IMG/VR virus record: IMGVR_UViG_3300003323_000334
Location: 1-64,000 of that record
Strand: one strand, 5' to 3'
Length of the DNA: 64,000 bases
Source: a virus
Positions 34,521 through 42,906 of this stretch are shown in pieces. The notes below the pieces were generated by a model, which made no database searches, was not told the origin of the DNA, and saw nothing but the letters and a program-made list of their open reading frames with translations. The stretch's first letter is position 1. Each line of letters opens with the position of its first letter. The translations under genes and the position numbers were made by a program.

Positions 34521-35932
34521 TGGGATTCTCGATCACTAAAAAGGACGGCGCGATCGAACGCCAGATTATAACGGCCATGGTCGTCTCAGACCGAGTGCTA
34601 GCGAGGATCGCGTCTCGCTGGAAAAAAGATGGACTGTTCGCCAGTAAATGGTGTAACTTAGTAGGAACTTGGTGCGTTAAGTATCACACCAAGTTCGGTA
34701 AGGCGCCCCGCAAGTCGATCGTAGGCATTTTCGAAGCCTGGGCCGACAAGCGAGACGATCCTGATACGGTCAAAATGGTCGAGAAGTTTCTAGGCTCTAT
34801 TTCGGACGAGTACGCTTCACTCCGAAAGGGAATAAACGCCGACTTCACGATCGACATTGCCGGCAATTTGTTCAACGAAGTCGCCTTGAAAAAGCTCACC
34901 AAGCAGATCGAAGGAGATCTGGCCAAAGGCGAACTGATCAAAGCAAAAGAGCGGGTGTCGCTGTTTTCCGGCGTAAGTGTAGGAACGTCATCGGGCACCA
35001 CGCTGGCCGACGAGGCAATGGTCGAAGACGTTTTGGACAACAAAACCGAGATGCTGTTCAGATATCCAGGTGCTATGGGGCGCTTTTTGGGAGACACATT
35101 TGCTCGGGACACGTTCGTCTCGTTCATGGGTCCAGAAAAAGTAGGCAAAACTTGGTGGCTTCTGGACGCTTCTTGGCGGGCGATAATGAATAAAGTCCGG
35201 GTCGCGTTCTTCGAAGTCGGTGACCTGTCTCAACGGCAGATCATGCGCCGGTTCTACACCAGAGCGGCAAAACGTCCTTTAAAAAAGCCGAGACAGTTTC
35301 GACCTGTTCTAGTTCCTACCAAATTGGAGTTACTGGCTGAAGGTCAGTATGACGTTGGTCACGAGGTCATGAAGATCACTTCGGACATGTCTCCGAAAGA
35401 GGTGATCAGACGAAACCAAAGAGTAATCGAAAAGACCGGAGATGTTAACATTCTCAGGGTTTCGACGCACCCAAACGATTCGATCAGCGCCGAGGGCATT
35501 CACTCAATCCTGAAAGAATGGTCTAGTCGGGACGGTCAGCCTCCTGGACTGGTCGTAATCGATTACGCCGACATTATCGCACCTCCTCCTGGGTTTCAGG
35601 GGGAGTCTCGGGACGCAATCAACAAAACTTGGAAACATTTGCGCCGAGTGTCCCAGGAAGATCATTGCTGTGTACTCACCGCAACTCAGGCCAAAGCGAC
35701 CGCATATGCGAAGGAGCAACTCGACATGTCCGACTTTAGTGAGGACAAACGGAAGTTCGCCCACGTGACCGCAATGCTTGGCCTGAACGTGTCGGTCAAA
35801 GACAAGCCGTTCGGCGTCACCAGGTTGAATTTCTTGGTACTTCGGGAAGACGAATTCGTATCGACCAAAGAGGTGTACGCCGCTGGCTGTTTGGGTATTG
35901 GGAACCCTTGTATGTTCAGCACAGAACGGTGA
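34520..35932 (+). CDS. DnaB-family replicative DNA helicase
   Basis: 470 aa. Walker A FMGPEKVGKTWWLL, Walker B-like PGLVVIDYADII, then HCCVLTATQAK. Confidence 0.7.
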   Translation: MGFSITKKDGAIERQIITAMVVSDRVLARIASRWKKDGLFASKWCNLVGTWCVKYHTKFGKAPRKSIVGIFEAWADKRDDPDTVKMVEKFLGSISDEYASLRKGINADFTIDIAGNLFNEVALKKLTKQIEGDLAKGELIKAKERVSLFSGVSVGTSSGTTLADEAMVEDVLDNKTEMLFRYPGAMGRFLGDTFARDTFVSFMGPEKVGKTWWLLDASWRAIMNKVRVAFFEVGDLSQRQIMRRFYTRAAKRPLKKPRQFRPVLVPTKLELLAEGQYDVGHEVMKITSDMSPKEVIRRNQRVIEKTGDVNILRVSTHPNDSISAEGIHSILKEWSSRDGQPPGLVVIDYADIIAPPPGFQGESRDAINKTWKHLRRVSQEDHCCVLTATQAKATAYAKEQLDMSDFSEDKRKFAHVTAMLGLNVSVKDKPFGVTRLNFLVLREDEFVSTKEVYAAGCLGIGNPCMFSTER

Positions 35933-36036
35933 AATTTTGTTCTAAATTCCTGCTAGAAATTTTTGTCGAGGACGTTTACAGTAGACGATAGCTCTTGCTG
36001 CACTGTGCAGTGAGAGCGAGCAGAAACACTCAGTGA

Positions 36037-36285
36037 GTGCGTGCCGTGATTAAGTCCTTACAAGACAACCATCCAAACAAAACGTTCCCGCCGAAGGGGC
36101 CTGAAAATCCGCTCAGCATCGAGTACGGTGATTTGATCGAATACGGGTGCTCGATTCCCAACGTGACCGTAATGATCTACGCCTGTCGCTGGTCTGAAAA
36201 CCATATGATCTACGACGGAAACGTTGCCTGCTCGATGAGCCAAGTCACCCGCATCGTTAAGAAGAGTGCCCTTGGATCTTTTTGA
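36037..36285 (+). CDS. hypothetical protein
   Basis: 82 aa with a GTG start of uncertain position. Confidence 0.35.
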   Translation: MRAVIKSLQDNHPNKTFPPKGPENPLSIEYGDLIEYGCSIPNVTVMIYACRWSENHMIYDGNVACSMSQVTRIVKKSALGSF

Positions 36286-36330
36286 TATTATCCCTTTATC
36301 TAACCATCTACCAAAACACGAGTACGACCG

Positions 36331-36615
36331 ATGAACGCGACCAAGACTAGAGAAGCGAGCGTCAAGCTCCCGATCCGAATCGGCACGCTGAACGTCTACC
36401 TCACCGAACGCAACCGACTGCTCAAGCTCGGCGCCAACGGCTCGCCTAAGACTCCTGTTAACTTCGCCCTCAGCATCGAGAGCAAGGGCGCCCGGCGCAA
36501 GTTCCGCAAAGCACTCCACAAGATCGATTCGTCCCTCGCGGCCGACACGATGCCGAGCAAGCCTATGTCCGAAAAGAAGTTCCGACAATTGTTGGCCGAA
36601 GCCAACACTTTCTGA
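36331..36615 (+). CDS. small basic protein (hypothetical), stand-alone GC-rich transcription unit
   Basis: 94 aa. ATG preceded by ACGAGTACGACCG. GC-rich codons, with an intrinsic terminator immediately downstream. Confidence 0.5.
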   Translation: MNATKTREASVKLPIRIGTLNVYLTERNRLLKLGANGSPKTPVNFALSIESKGARRKFRKALHKIDSSLAADTMPSKPMSEKKFRQLLAEANTF

Positions 36616-36630
36616 TCCGATTCGATCCGA

Positions 36631-36662
36631 AGTGTCGCTCGTTGTAAGAGCGACACTTTTCT
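36631..36662 (+). terminator. rho-independent terminator
   Basis: An 11-bp perfect stem AAGTGTCGCTC / GAGCGACACTT with a 7-nt loop, followed by TTTCT. Confidence 0.65.
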
Positions 36663-36713
36663 ACCTAACTTCAAGCTAACATACCTATTATGTCGAATTA
36701 CTCCGACCAATAA

Positions 36714-37394
36714 GTGATTGCGGCCGTCAACTCGTGCGTCAACATCCACAAACTCAGTCAACTGCAACCGTATTGCGAGTGTAAAATGTTGTATCGTGTA
36801 GGCTACCAACTTATTCGTAATCGCAGTGGTCACGAATCTCGTCTGTTACTCGTGGCCACAACTCCTATGAGTGATCCGGGGTGGGGTCATGGGCCTGTAT
36901 ACTGGTGTCGGCCTAGTGAAGTAAATTATCGTATGCGTCGAATAGTGTCCGCTATGGGACTTCGTCCGGCAAGTCAACCAGTCATGTCTGAGGAGCGATT
37001 CGCGAGTTACACCATCACAGCTCCTTTGATTATCTTAGAATGCGCTGATTCAATCCAGTCAATAATGTTGGATTGGGGCATTAAAACCTGCAATTTTTCA
37101 TTCGGGGACTTTGAACAAAAGCTCGCTAGTGTTTTACCTCCGCCAACTCCTAAAATGCCTTCTAATCGGGAGGTTCCTACACTCGAACGCCTTATAGAAA
37201 GAATCGCGATCGACTGTCGCCCCAGAACTATTGTAGCAGGAGTACCTCTCACTAGTGATTGGGCTGAAATCGTCGCATCTGCTGTCGGCGGATATTATGC
37301 TCAATTGCCTAGATCCGAGGTAATTGCCGCTGCTATCACAGCATTTGGACAACTCCCTGCGAATAGGCAAGCAGAGCTGATGAAGTCTATTTGA
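36714..37394 (+). CDS. hypothetical protein
   Basis: The ORF is open from GTG 36714. The true start is uncertain (ATG 36786 is possible). Confidence 0.4.
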   Translation: MIAAVNSCVNIHKLSQLQPYCECKMLYRVGYQLIRNRSGHESRLLLVATTPMSDPGWGHGPVYWCRPSEVNYRMRRIVSAMGLRPASQPVMSEERFASYTITAPLIILECADSIQSIMLDWGIKTCNFSFGDFEQKLASVLPPPTPKMPSNREVPTLERLIERIAIDCRPRTIVAGVPLTSDWAEIVASAVGGYYAQLPRSEVIAAAITAFGQLPANRQAELMKSI

Positions 37395-37492
37395 TTAGGT
37401 ATACACCAATCCGAACGGTGACGAGGCCGAAGCGTCCACTAAACCTTGATAAACAAGGTTAAGTGACCTAAACACCCAAACGAGTACAAACT

Positions 37493-37708
37493 ATGAAAGC
37501 CAAATACCATATCGTCCGTGATTCAGGAATTGCTCCTGTTATCGCACTCGTCACCAGGCTGTGTACACTACCAGGTGTTAAAGAGGCCAGCGTGTCCGGA
37601 CGCGAACTGAAGGTCACGACACTGACGATAGCTCCGGCTGAGCTACCAGATATCGTCACCAAGAAAACTCGCGGCAACGTCGTGATCGAACTGATCAGCG
37701 CGGAGTAA
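37493..37708 (+). CDS. hypothetical protein
   Basis: 71 aa ATG ORF. Confidence 0.4.
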   Translation: MKAKYHIVRDSGIAPVIALVTRLCTLPGVKEASVSGRELKVTTLTIAPAELPDIVTKKTRGNVVIELISAE

Positions 37709-37711
37709 ATC

Positions 37712-38917
37712 GTGACCATCAAACTGAACTGGTACACGACCGAGACCGGGTTAACAGCCCGGCTCGGTATCGGGAAGCATCAAAAGACGTTCCGGATTGA
37801 ACGGCGACCCCACGCTTACTGGAAGCGGAATGGGGAAGTGTGGGAACTGTTCTTCGAGAACAAGCGGATTTACGGTCTAGAATCCGTGTACATCGCACCC
37901 GATCTGTTCGGCAAACTGACCTCCGAAGAACAGGACGAGAACGTCCGCAGAAAGCGTGCCGCGAAACAGTCCTTAAAGGACGTTGCCAACGCCATCGCTA
38001 ACGGCAATCAGGCGTCCGTTTACCAAGAAGTGCTGTATTCCCTCCCGCAACGCGACAAGTTCGGCACAAAGCAAGCCTTTATCTACGCCATGAAGGAGGT
38101 GTTTCGACTAACGCATCTTCCGATAATGACTGTGACCGAAAAAGACAACACCAAACAATGGAGTACAGACTCCGAGTTCATTAGATCGTTTCCGCAACGT
38201 CACCGAGAGCAACAGCGACGAACACACGTTGCGTCGCCGATCGCAGCACAGGAAGTAAACGTCCCAGTAAAAACTGAGGCTTTGACAGCGAAGCCTGTCA
38301 AAGCTCTGAAGTACAAAGGTCCAGCTCCTGCTAACCGGAATAAAGAGACGCTAATCCCGGCTAGCATAGGGACCAAAAAGAAGTGTCCTGTTCTGATCGA
38401 AGGAACCAAGTTTAAGCACCTGTACAAATGGGCCGAAAAGACCCGAGACTGGTACCAAGCTAGAGGATATCACGCCGGGATTCTGTTCCTGATCCATACG
38501 TTGATGCACAGCCTTCCTACGTGCAAGCAGGCGTTAGCTGCGGGTCGCAAACTGTCCCTCATTTACAGGGAAGAATACGCCGCAGTCAACGCACAGTTCG
38601 CCGCGATGGTGTCTAAAGAACCTACCGAAGTTAAAAAGGAGGTGCCTGAAAAACAGCCGAAGCTTCCTAGGTCTAAAGAAAAGGACAAATGGGGCTACCG
38701 TGTGAGCACGCGGGCTGCGGCCGTTAACGCCGTGCTCAGCAAAGTGCCAATGTCGAAAGAGAAAATCACGGTGTTGGCAAAAGCACAAGGTGACATCGGT
38801 TCACATCTGTCCACTTTGATCAAACAGAAGTTGGTGGTTCGTACAGAAGAAGGGTTATACCGACTTCGCAAGAAAAAGAAGGTACCAAAACATGGTTCAA
38901 AAAAGAGCGGATCCTGA
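37712..38917 (+). CDS. hypothetical protein with C-terminal linker-histone-like winged helix and Lys-rich tail
   Basis: 401 aa with a GTG start. The C-terminus KWGYRVSTRAAAVNAVLSKVPMSKEKITVLAKAQGDIGSHLSTLIKQKLVVRTEEGLYRLRKKKK is paralogous to 40357-40560. Confidence 0.55.
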   Translation: MTIKLNWYTTETGLTARLGIGKHQKTFRIERRPHAYWKRNGEVWELFFENKRIYGLESVYIAPDLFGKLTSEEQDENVRRKRAAKQSLKDVANAIANGNQASVYQEVLYSLPQRDKFGTKQAFIYAMKEVFRLTHLPIMTVTEKDNTKQWSTDSEFIRSFPQRHREQQRRTHVASPIAAQEVNVPVKTEALTAKPVKALKYKGPAPANRNKETLIPASIGTKKKCPVLIEGTKFKHLYKWAEKTRDWYQARGYHAGILFLIHTLMHSLPTCKQALAAGRKLSLIYREEYAAVNAQFAAMVSKEPTEVKKEVPEKQPKLPRSKEKDKWGYRVSTRAAAVNAVLSKVPMSKEKITVLAKAQGDIGSHLSTLIKQKLVVRTEEGLYRLRKKKKVPKHGSKKSGS

Positions 38918-39152
38918 ATCCAAAGGATCTAGCGGACTGGTGATAACGGTCAGGTTCGTTATATCCACAAGGCAGTTTCACAAGTACCTGACCAGCGAAG
39001 GATACACCTGTTCTCTAGAACAGGTAGAAACTTTGCTAAAGGACGTAGACTTCACCAACAAGGTTCACAAGGATGTAGAACAATGGTGGCATGACCTTCC
39101 TGCCGAAGCGTTTAAAGATCTGCTCGTCCGCCACAACATTAAGAAAGGGTAA
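38892..39152 (+). CDS. hypothetical protein
   Basis: 86 aa. It overlaps the upstream gene by 26 nt, so the true start may be internal. Confidence 0.35.
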   Translation: MVQKRADPESKGSSGLVITVRFVISTRQFHKYLTSEGYTCSLEQVETLLKDVDFTNKVHKDVEQWWHDLPAEAFKDLLVRHNIKKG

Positions 39153-39161
39153 GGGTAAACT

Positions 39162-39416
39162 GTGCCTGTAATCAACATCGTGACTCAGGTCAACCTGACA
39201 CCGGATCAGATTGACGAACTGATGCACCTGAGCAAGTACAAATATTCCAAGGCTCAGCACGAACAGCTTTTAATGGACGCGACCTTTATCGAGTTGGTCG
39301 GTCTGGTGATCTCCAAGGAGATCAGTGCGGTGGATCGGGACGAATCGGAAATCGATCCAGACATGCAAAAGAGAATCGATTCGATCTGCTCCCTTTACGG
39401 GATTAAAGAAAGGTGA
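39162..39416 (+). CDS. hypothetical protein
   Basis: 84 aa with a GTG start. Confidence 0.35.
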   Translation: MPVINIVTQVNLTPDQIDELMHLSKYKYSKAQHEQLLMDATFIELVGLVISKEISAVDRDESEIDPDMQKRIDSICSLYGIKER

Positions 39417-39463
39417 GACGCCGAAAATCCAGCGATGTCACGCCTAGGTGAAAAATTCCTAAG

Positions 39464-39492
39464 TTGACGTTACGCACCGTGCGCAATAATAG
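39464..39492 (+). promoter_or_regulatory. putative promoter for the acidic wHTH gene
   Basis: TTGACG (39464-39469), a 17-nt spacer, then TAATAG (39487-39492). The GCAATAATAG-type element recurs at 32243, 45088, 57279 and 58667. Confidence 0.4.
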
Positions 39493-39573
39493 AAGCGATA
39501 GGGGCGCTACGTCGGCGCCCCGATTTAGTTTCAGTGTGTCACAACACCGTTCTCTAAAAGAGGCCTGAGTCCG

Positions 39574-40683
39574 ATGAAAATGTCCAAAGAAGACGCGATC
39601 GCAGTGCTCCTCGCTCTCAAGTTCCAGAACGCAAAGTCCTTTACGACCGCTAAGATCAAGGACAAGATCAACGCTCTGACCGAAATCGTGGACGACTCCA
39701 TGATCAAGGCTATCAAGAACGTCAAGATCGCGAAGCTGCTGCGGGATGCGGTGAAGGCCATCAAGAAGGGCACCGAAATCGAAATCGAAGACCCCAAGGC
39801 AAAGAAGGAGGCCTCCAAGAAGCCTGCAGCCAAGCCTGTGAAGGGCAAGAAGTCTAAGGCTAAGGCTGAAGAGGAGGAAGAAGAGGAAGATTCGGAGGAC
39901 GAAGAGGAAGAAGAGGAAGATTCGGAGGACGAAGAGGAAGACGAAGAAGACTCCGAGGAGGACGAAGAGGAAGACGAGACCGATGAAGACGAAGACGGCG
40001 AAGATGACGAGGACGATGATTCCGATGACGACGATGATGGAGAAGACGATGACAGTGAAGAGGACGATGACGAGTCTGTAGACGAGGATGAGGAAGAAGA
40101 GGACGACGAAGATAACGACTCTGAAGATGATGAAGAAGAGGACGACGAAGAGGACGACGAAGAGGACGACGAAGAGGACGACGAAGAGGACGACGAAGAG
40201 GACGACGAAGAGGACGACTCTGAAGATGATGAAGAAGAGGACGACGAAGAGGACGAACCCGTGTCACCCAAAAAGAAAGGTAAAGACAAAGTGAACAAGA
40301 CCAAAAAGCCGGCCGCAGCTAAGAGCGGTGCCAAGAACGCCGACAAGCCCAAGGACAAGTGGGGCGCGACTCTCGGCACGAGGACTGCCGCGATCAACGC
40401 GGCCATCACTGACAAGCCTCAAACGCTCGGAGAAATCGCGAAGCGGGCGAAGGCCGAATCCATCAGCAGCCACATTAGCAAGTTGAAGGCCGAAGGGTGG
40501 ATCGTTCGCGACGATGACGGCAGGTATTCCATCAATCCGAAGAAGAAGGCGAAGGCGGCAGTGATCCCATCGCCAAAGAAGGCCCCGAAAGAGACAGTAA
40601 AAGAGTCCGCGAAGACCAAGCCGACTGCTAAGGTCTCTAAGAAGGCCGAAGCGGCTCCTGTGAAGAAGACCAAGAAGAAGTAA
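39574..40683 (+). CDS. poly-acidic protein with linker-histone-like winged helix and Lys/Ala/Pro-rich tails
   Basis: 369 aa. A helical N-domain is followed by KKPAAKPVKGKKSKAKA, then ~130 aa made almost entirely of Asp/Glu (39866-40260). The wHTH segment is KWGATLGTRTAAINAAITDKPQTLGEIAKRAKAESISSHISKLKAEGWIVRDDDGRYSI, and the tail ends ...KKAEAAPVKKTKKK. Confidence 0.7.
   Translation: MKMSKEDAIAVLLALKFQNAKSFTTAKIKDKINALTEIVDDSMIKAIKNVKIAKLLRDAVKAIKKGTEIEIEDPKAKKEASKKPAAKPVKGKKSKAKAEEEEEEEDSEDEEEEEEDSEDEEEDEEDSEEDEEEDETDEDEDGEDDEDDDSDDDDDGEDDDSEEDDDESVDEDEEEEDDEDNDSEDDEEEDDEEDDEEDDEEDDEEDDEEDDEEDDSEDDEEEDDEEDEPVSPKKKGKDKVNKTKKPAAAKSGAKNADKPKDKWGATLGTRTAAINAAITDKPQTLGEIAKRAKAESISSHISKLKAEGWIVRDDDGRYSINPKKKAKAAVIPSPKKAPKETVKESAKTKPTAKVSKKAEAAPVKKTKKK
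40135..40218 (+). repeat. 7 perfect tandem copies of GAAGAGGACGAC inside the acidic tract
   Basis: Read directly from the sequence (encodes EEDD x7). A 30-nt unit GAGGAAGAAGAGGAAGATTCGGAGGACGAA is also duplicated at 39871-39930. Confidence 0.9.
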
Positions 40684-40707
40684 TCGATTGGCTCTTCCTC
40701 TTCGTTG

Positions 40708-40749
40708 AACAACCGGGAGCTTGAAAACTCCCGGTTGTTTCCTTTTTCC
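40708..40749 (+). terminator. rho-independent terminator
   Basis: A 12-bp perfect stem AACAACCGGGAG / CTCCCGGTTGTT with an 8-nt loop, then TCCTTTTTCC. Confidence 0.8.
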
Positions 40750-40763
40750 TACAGGAGTTTCCC

Positions 40764-41216
40764 ATGGCGATGTGTGTGTCGATCGACAAGACGTTCGAAG
40801 CGGCTCATCGTCTCCTTAATCACCCAGGCAAGTGCAGATTCTTACACGGCCACAGCTACAACCTCACCGTTACAATCGGCCGCAAAGACGGCGGCGTTGG
40901 TCCCAGACAAATGGTGATCGACTTCGGAAACGCCAAAGAAATTATAAACGCCGTAGTAGACGGCGGATGGGACCACAATACGATTCTGAACGCGATCGAT
41001 CCCTTGGCAAAACGGCCTGATCTGATCGGTCGAGATCCGATGATCGTTTCGTGTACCGGACACGATCAAGATCCTACAGCCGAAATGATCGCTTTGCGCC
41101 TCAAAGAAGACATTGAGTCGGCTTTGAACGGTCGTTTTCCGAACGCGTTCGAAATCCTCAACGTCGTCGTCAAAGAGACCGACAAGTGCTCGGCCGAATG
41201 GTACCCTGATCGTTAA
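40764..41216 (+). CDS. queD: 6-carboxy-5,6,7,8-tetrahydropterin synthase
   Basis: 150 aa. FEAAHRLLNHPGKCRFLHGHSYNLTVTI carries the T-fold C-x3-HGH signature of QueD/PTPS. Confidence 0.85.
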   Translation: MAMCVSIDKTFEAAHRLLNHPGKCRFLHGHSYNLTVTIGRKDGGVGPRQMVIDFGNAKEIINAVVDGGWDHNTILNAIDPLAKRPDLIGRDPMIVSCTGHDQDPTAEMIALRLKEDIESALNGRFPNAFEILNVVVKETDKCSAEWYPDR

Positions 41217-41228
41217 CAGGAGAGTGCG

Positions 41229-41954
41229 ATGTATCCGCTCATCATGCGACCGAACACGCAACACCCGAAAGGTCCGCTGTACCGACAAGACGGTCAACTC
41301 GACGTGGTCGAGGTGTTCGAAACGATTCAAGGCGAAGGTCCGTACACCGGTCGTCCCGCAGTGTTCGTTCGCCTCGAAGGATGCAACCTGAAGTGTCCTG
41401 GGTGTGACACCGACTACACCAGTAACCGTGAGTTGTATTCTCCGACCATGCTGTTGACTATGATCAACGACAGGTTCGCTCGGCGCAAAGAAATCGATGG
41501 TGACAACACGCTGATCGTCCTGACTGGCGGCGAACCACTCAGGCAGAACATCGCGCCATTCGTTCGTGACGCCAAGCACGATGGTTGGAACATTCAGCTG
41601 GAGACGAACGGAACACTCTTCAACGAAGACCTGCCCGTGCTCGGGATGGACATCGTGTGCAGTCCTAAAACACCTAACGTCCGAGACGAACTGAAGGATC
41701 ACATCTGCTGCCTGAAGTACGTCATCGAGGCCGGCTTCGTTAGCGAGGAAGATGGGTTGCCGATCAGTGTTATGGGTCTGAACGTCACTCCTGCTCGCCC
41801 GTGGCCAACGTTCAAAGGCGAGGTCATCGTTCAACCTTTCGATGTGGGGAACGCTCGCGCCAACATTAATAACTTGGACGCCGCGGTAGAAAGCTGTCTG
41901 AAGTTCGGGTACACACTCGGGGTTCAGGTACACAAGATTGCTCGGCTGAAGTGA
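41229..41954 (+). CDS. queE: 7-carboxy-7-deazaguanine synthase (radical SAM)
   Basis: FETIQGEGPYTGRPAVFVRLEGCNLKCPGCDTDY is the characteristic QueE N-terminus and cluster motif. Confidence 0.85.
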   Translation: MYPLIMRPNTQHPKGPLYRQDGQLDVVEVFETIQGEGPYTGRPAVFVRLEGCNLKCPGCDTDYTSNRELYSPTMLLTMINDRFARRKEIDGDNTLIVLTGGEPLRQNIAPFVRDAKHDGWNIQLETNGTLFNEDLPVLGMDIVCSPKTPNVRDELKDHICCLKYVIEAGFVSEEDGLPISVMGLNVTPARPWPTFKGEVIVQPFDVGNARANINNLDAAVESCLKFGYTLGVQVHKIARLK

Positions 41955-42155
41955 CTCGCTCAGAATCGATATTTTCGTTATGACCGAATGCTTCCGCGAA
42001 CCGAGGTGAACGATGCAGTGGATTCGTGGTCCGCCGGATGAACTAACGTCTGAAATGGGCGGCGATCGTGTGTATCGGCCATTAGACCTTCTTTGAGCGG
42101 TCGCTCATACGGAGGAAACTCGTGAGGAGAAACACCATGTAAAGTAATAAATCAA

Positions 42156-42190
42156 ACCTAGAGAGCTATTGGTAAGCTAGCTCTCTAGGT
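42156..42190 (+). other. 12-bp perfect stem-loop in the queE-folE spacer
   Basis: ACCTAGAGAGCT (42156-42167) pairs with AGCTCTCTAGGT (42179-42190) around an 11-nt loop. GTTATATAT follows, with no clean U-run. Confidence 0.6.
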
Positions 42191-42199
42191 GTTATATAT

Positions 42200-42296
42200 G
42201 GCAGGTGGAGCTAGCTCCAGCTAGGTGCTGTTATCGTACTCGGCACACTTAACTGGAGTCGGCAGCCCTCATGGGGTTGAAATCCCCAGCCTGCCC
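42200..42296 (+). other. tRNA-like three-way-junction RNA element (not a canonical tRNA)
   Basis: Acceptor-like 7-bp stem GGCAGGT (42200-42206) with GCCTGCC (42289-42295). T-arm-like TGGGG-TTGAAAT-CCCCA (42272-42288). Central long hairpin CTCCAG (42215-42220) with CTGGAG (42253-42258), enclosing GTGCTG/CGGCAC. No D-arm or 7-nt anticodon loop could be drawn. Confidence 0.35.
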
Positions 42297-42317
42297 TTCC
42301 TTTAAAAGGAGTATTTT

Positions 42318-42905
42318 ATGAAGTTCAACGCCACTGCCGTAAGCTACGCTGCTACCCAGGATTTGTTCCGAGAACTGATCAGCAGGTTCGACAACGAGCC
42401 TTCACGTCCAGGATTAAAAGATACTCCGGCTCGCTTAGAGAAAGCCTGGCAGGAAATGTTTTCAGGTTACTTCGTGACCGCCGAAAACATCGCCAAAATG
42501 CTCACCACGTTCGAAGAAGAAAAATCGGACGATATGGTGATTCAGAGGTTCATTCCGTTCAGCAGCACCTGTGAACATCATTTACTCCCATTTATGGGGC
42601 ACGCCACCATCGCGTACATTCCGGACGGACGCATCTTAGGACTGTCTAAATTCAGTAGGTTGCTAGACGTGTTCACCAAACGAATGCAGAATCAGGAACG
42701 CATTACGGTACAAGTCGCCGAAGCGTTTATGGAGCATCTGAAGCCGAAGGGTGCGGCTTGCGTTCTTACGGCGCAACACCTCTGCATGGAGTGTAGAGGT
42801 GTTAAAGTAGCAGGCGTCGAAACGACGACCTGTTGCCTGCGAGGCTGTTTCAGTTCCGAACCTACGCGATCTGAGTTCCTCAGGTTCGCAACAACGAAAG
42901 GGTAA
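42318..42905 (+). CDS. folE: GTP cyclohydrolase I
   Basis: PFSSTCEHHLLPFMGHATIAYIP, GLSKFSRLLDVFTKRMQNQERIT and TAQHLCMECRGVK are FolE type I signatures. AAGGAG RBS present. Confidence 0.9.
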   Translation: MKFNATAVSYAATQDLFRELISRFDNEPSRPGLKDTPARLEKAWQEMFSGYFVTAENIAKMLTTFEEEKSDDMVIQRFIPFSSTCEHHLLPFMGHATIAYIPDGRILGLSKFSRLLDVFTKRMQNQERITVQVAEAFMEHLKPKGAACVLTAQHLCMECRGVKVAGVETTTCCLRGCFSSEPTRSEFLRFATTKG

Positions 42906-42906
42906 C

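Noticed and set aside
36058-36588. 176-aa minus-strand ORF
   Set aside because: It overlaps two plus-strand ORFs in a GC-rich stretch. It has no RBS and is oriented against the whole 44-kb plus-strand block.
39531-40415. 294-aa minus-strand ORF encoding a poly-Ser protein
   Set aside because: It is the antisense shadow of the GAR-repeat acidic tract of 39574-40683. It has no RBS, and the plus-strand gene has a promoter, an RBS, folded terminal domains and a terminator.
40842-41933. 363-aa minus-strand ORF spanning queD-queE
   Set aside because: The plus-strand frames carry unmistakable QueD (C-x3-HGH) and QueE (QGEG...C-x3-C-x2-C-type) signatures. The antisense product has no recognisable motif.
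42013-42096. 27-aa ORF (MQWIRGPPDELTSEMGGDRVYRPLDLL) in the queE-folE spacer
   Set aside because: It has no RBS and lies within a highly structured spacer. It is too short to support.
42200-42296. Possible bona fide tRNA gene
   Set aside because: Acceptor- and T-arm-like helices exist. But the element is 97 nt, the T-loop reads TTGAAAT (G where the conserved C is expected), and I could not draw a D-arm or a 7-nt anticodon loop. It is kept as a structured-RNA finding, not annotated as tRNA.
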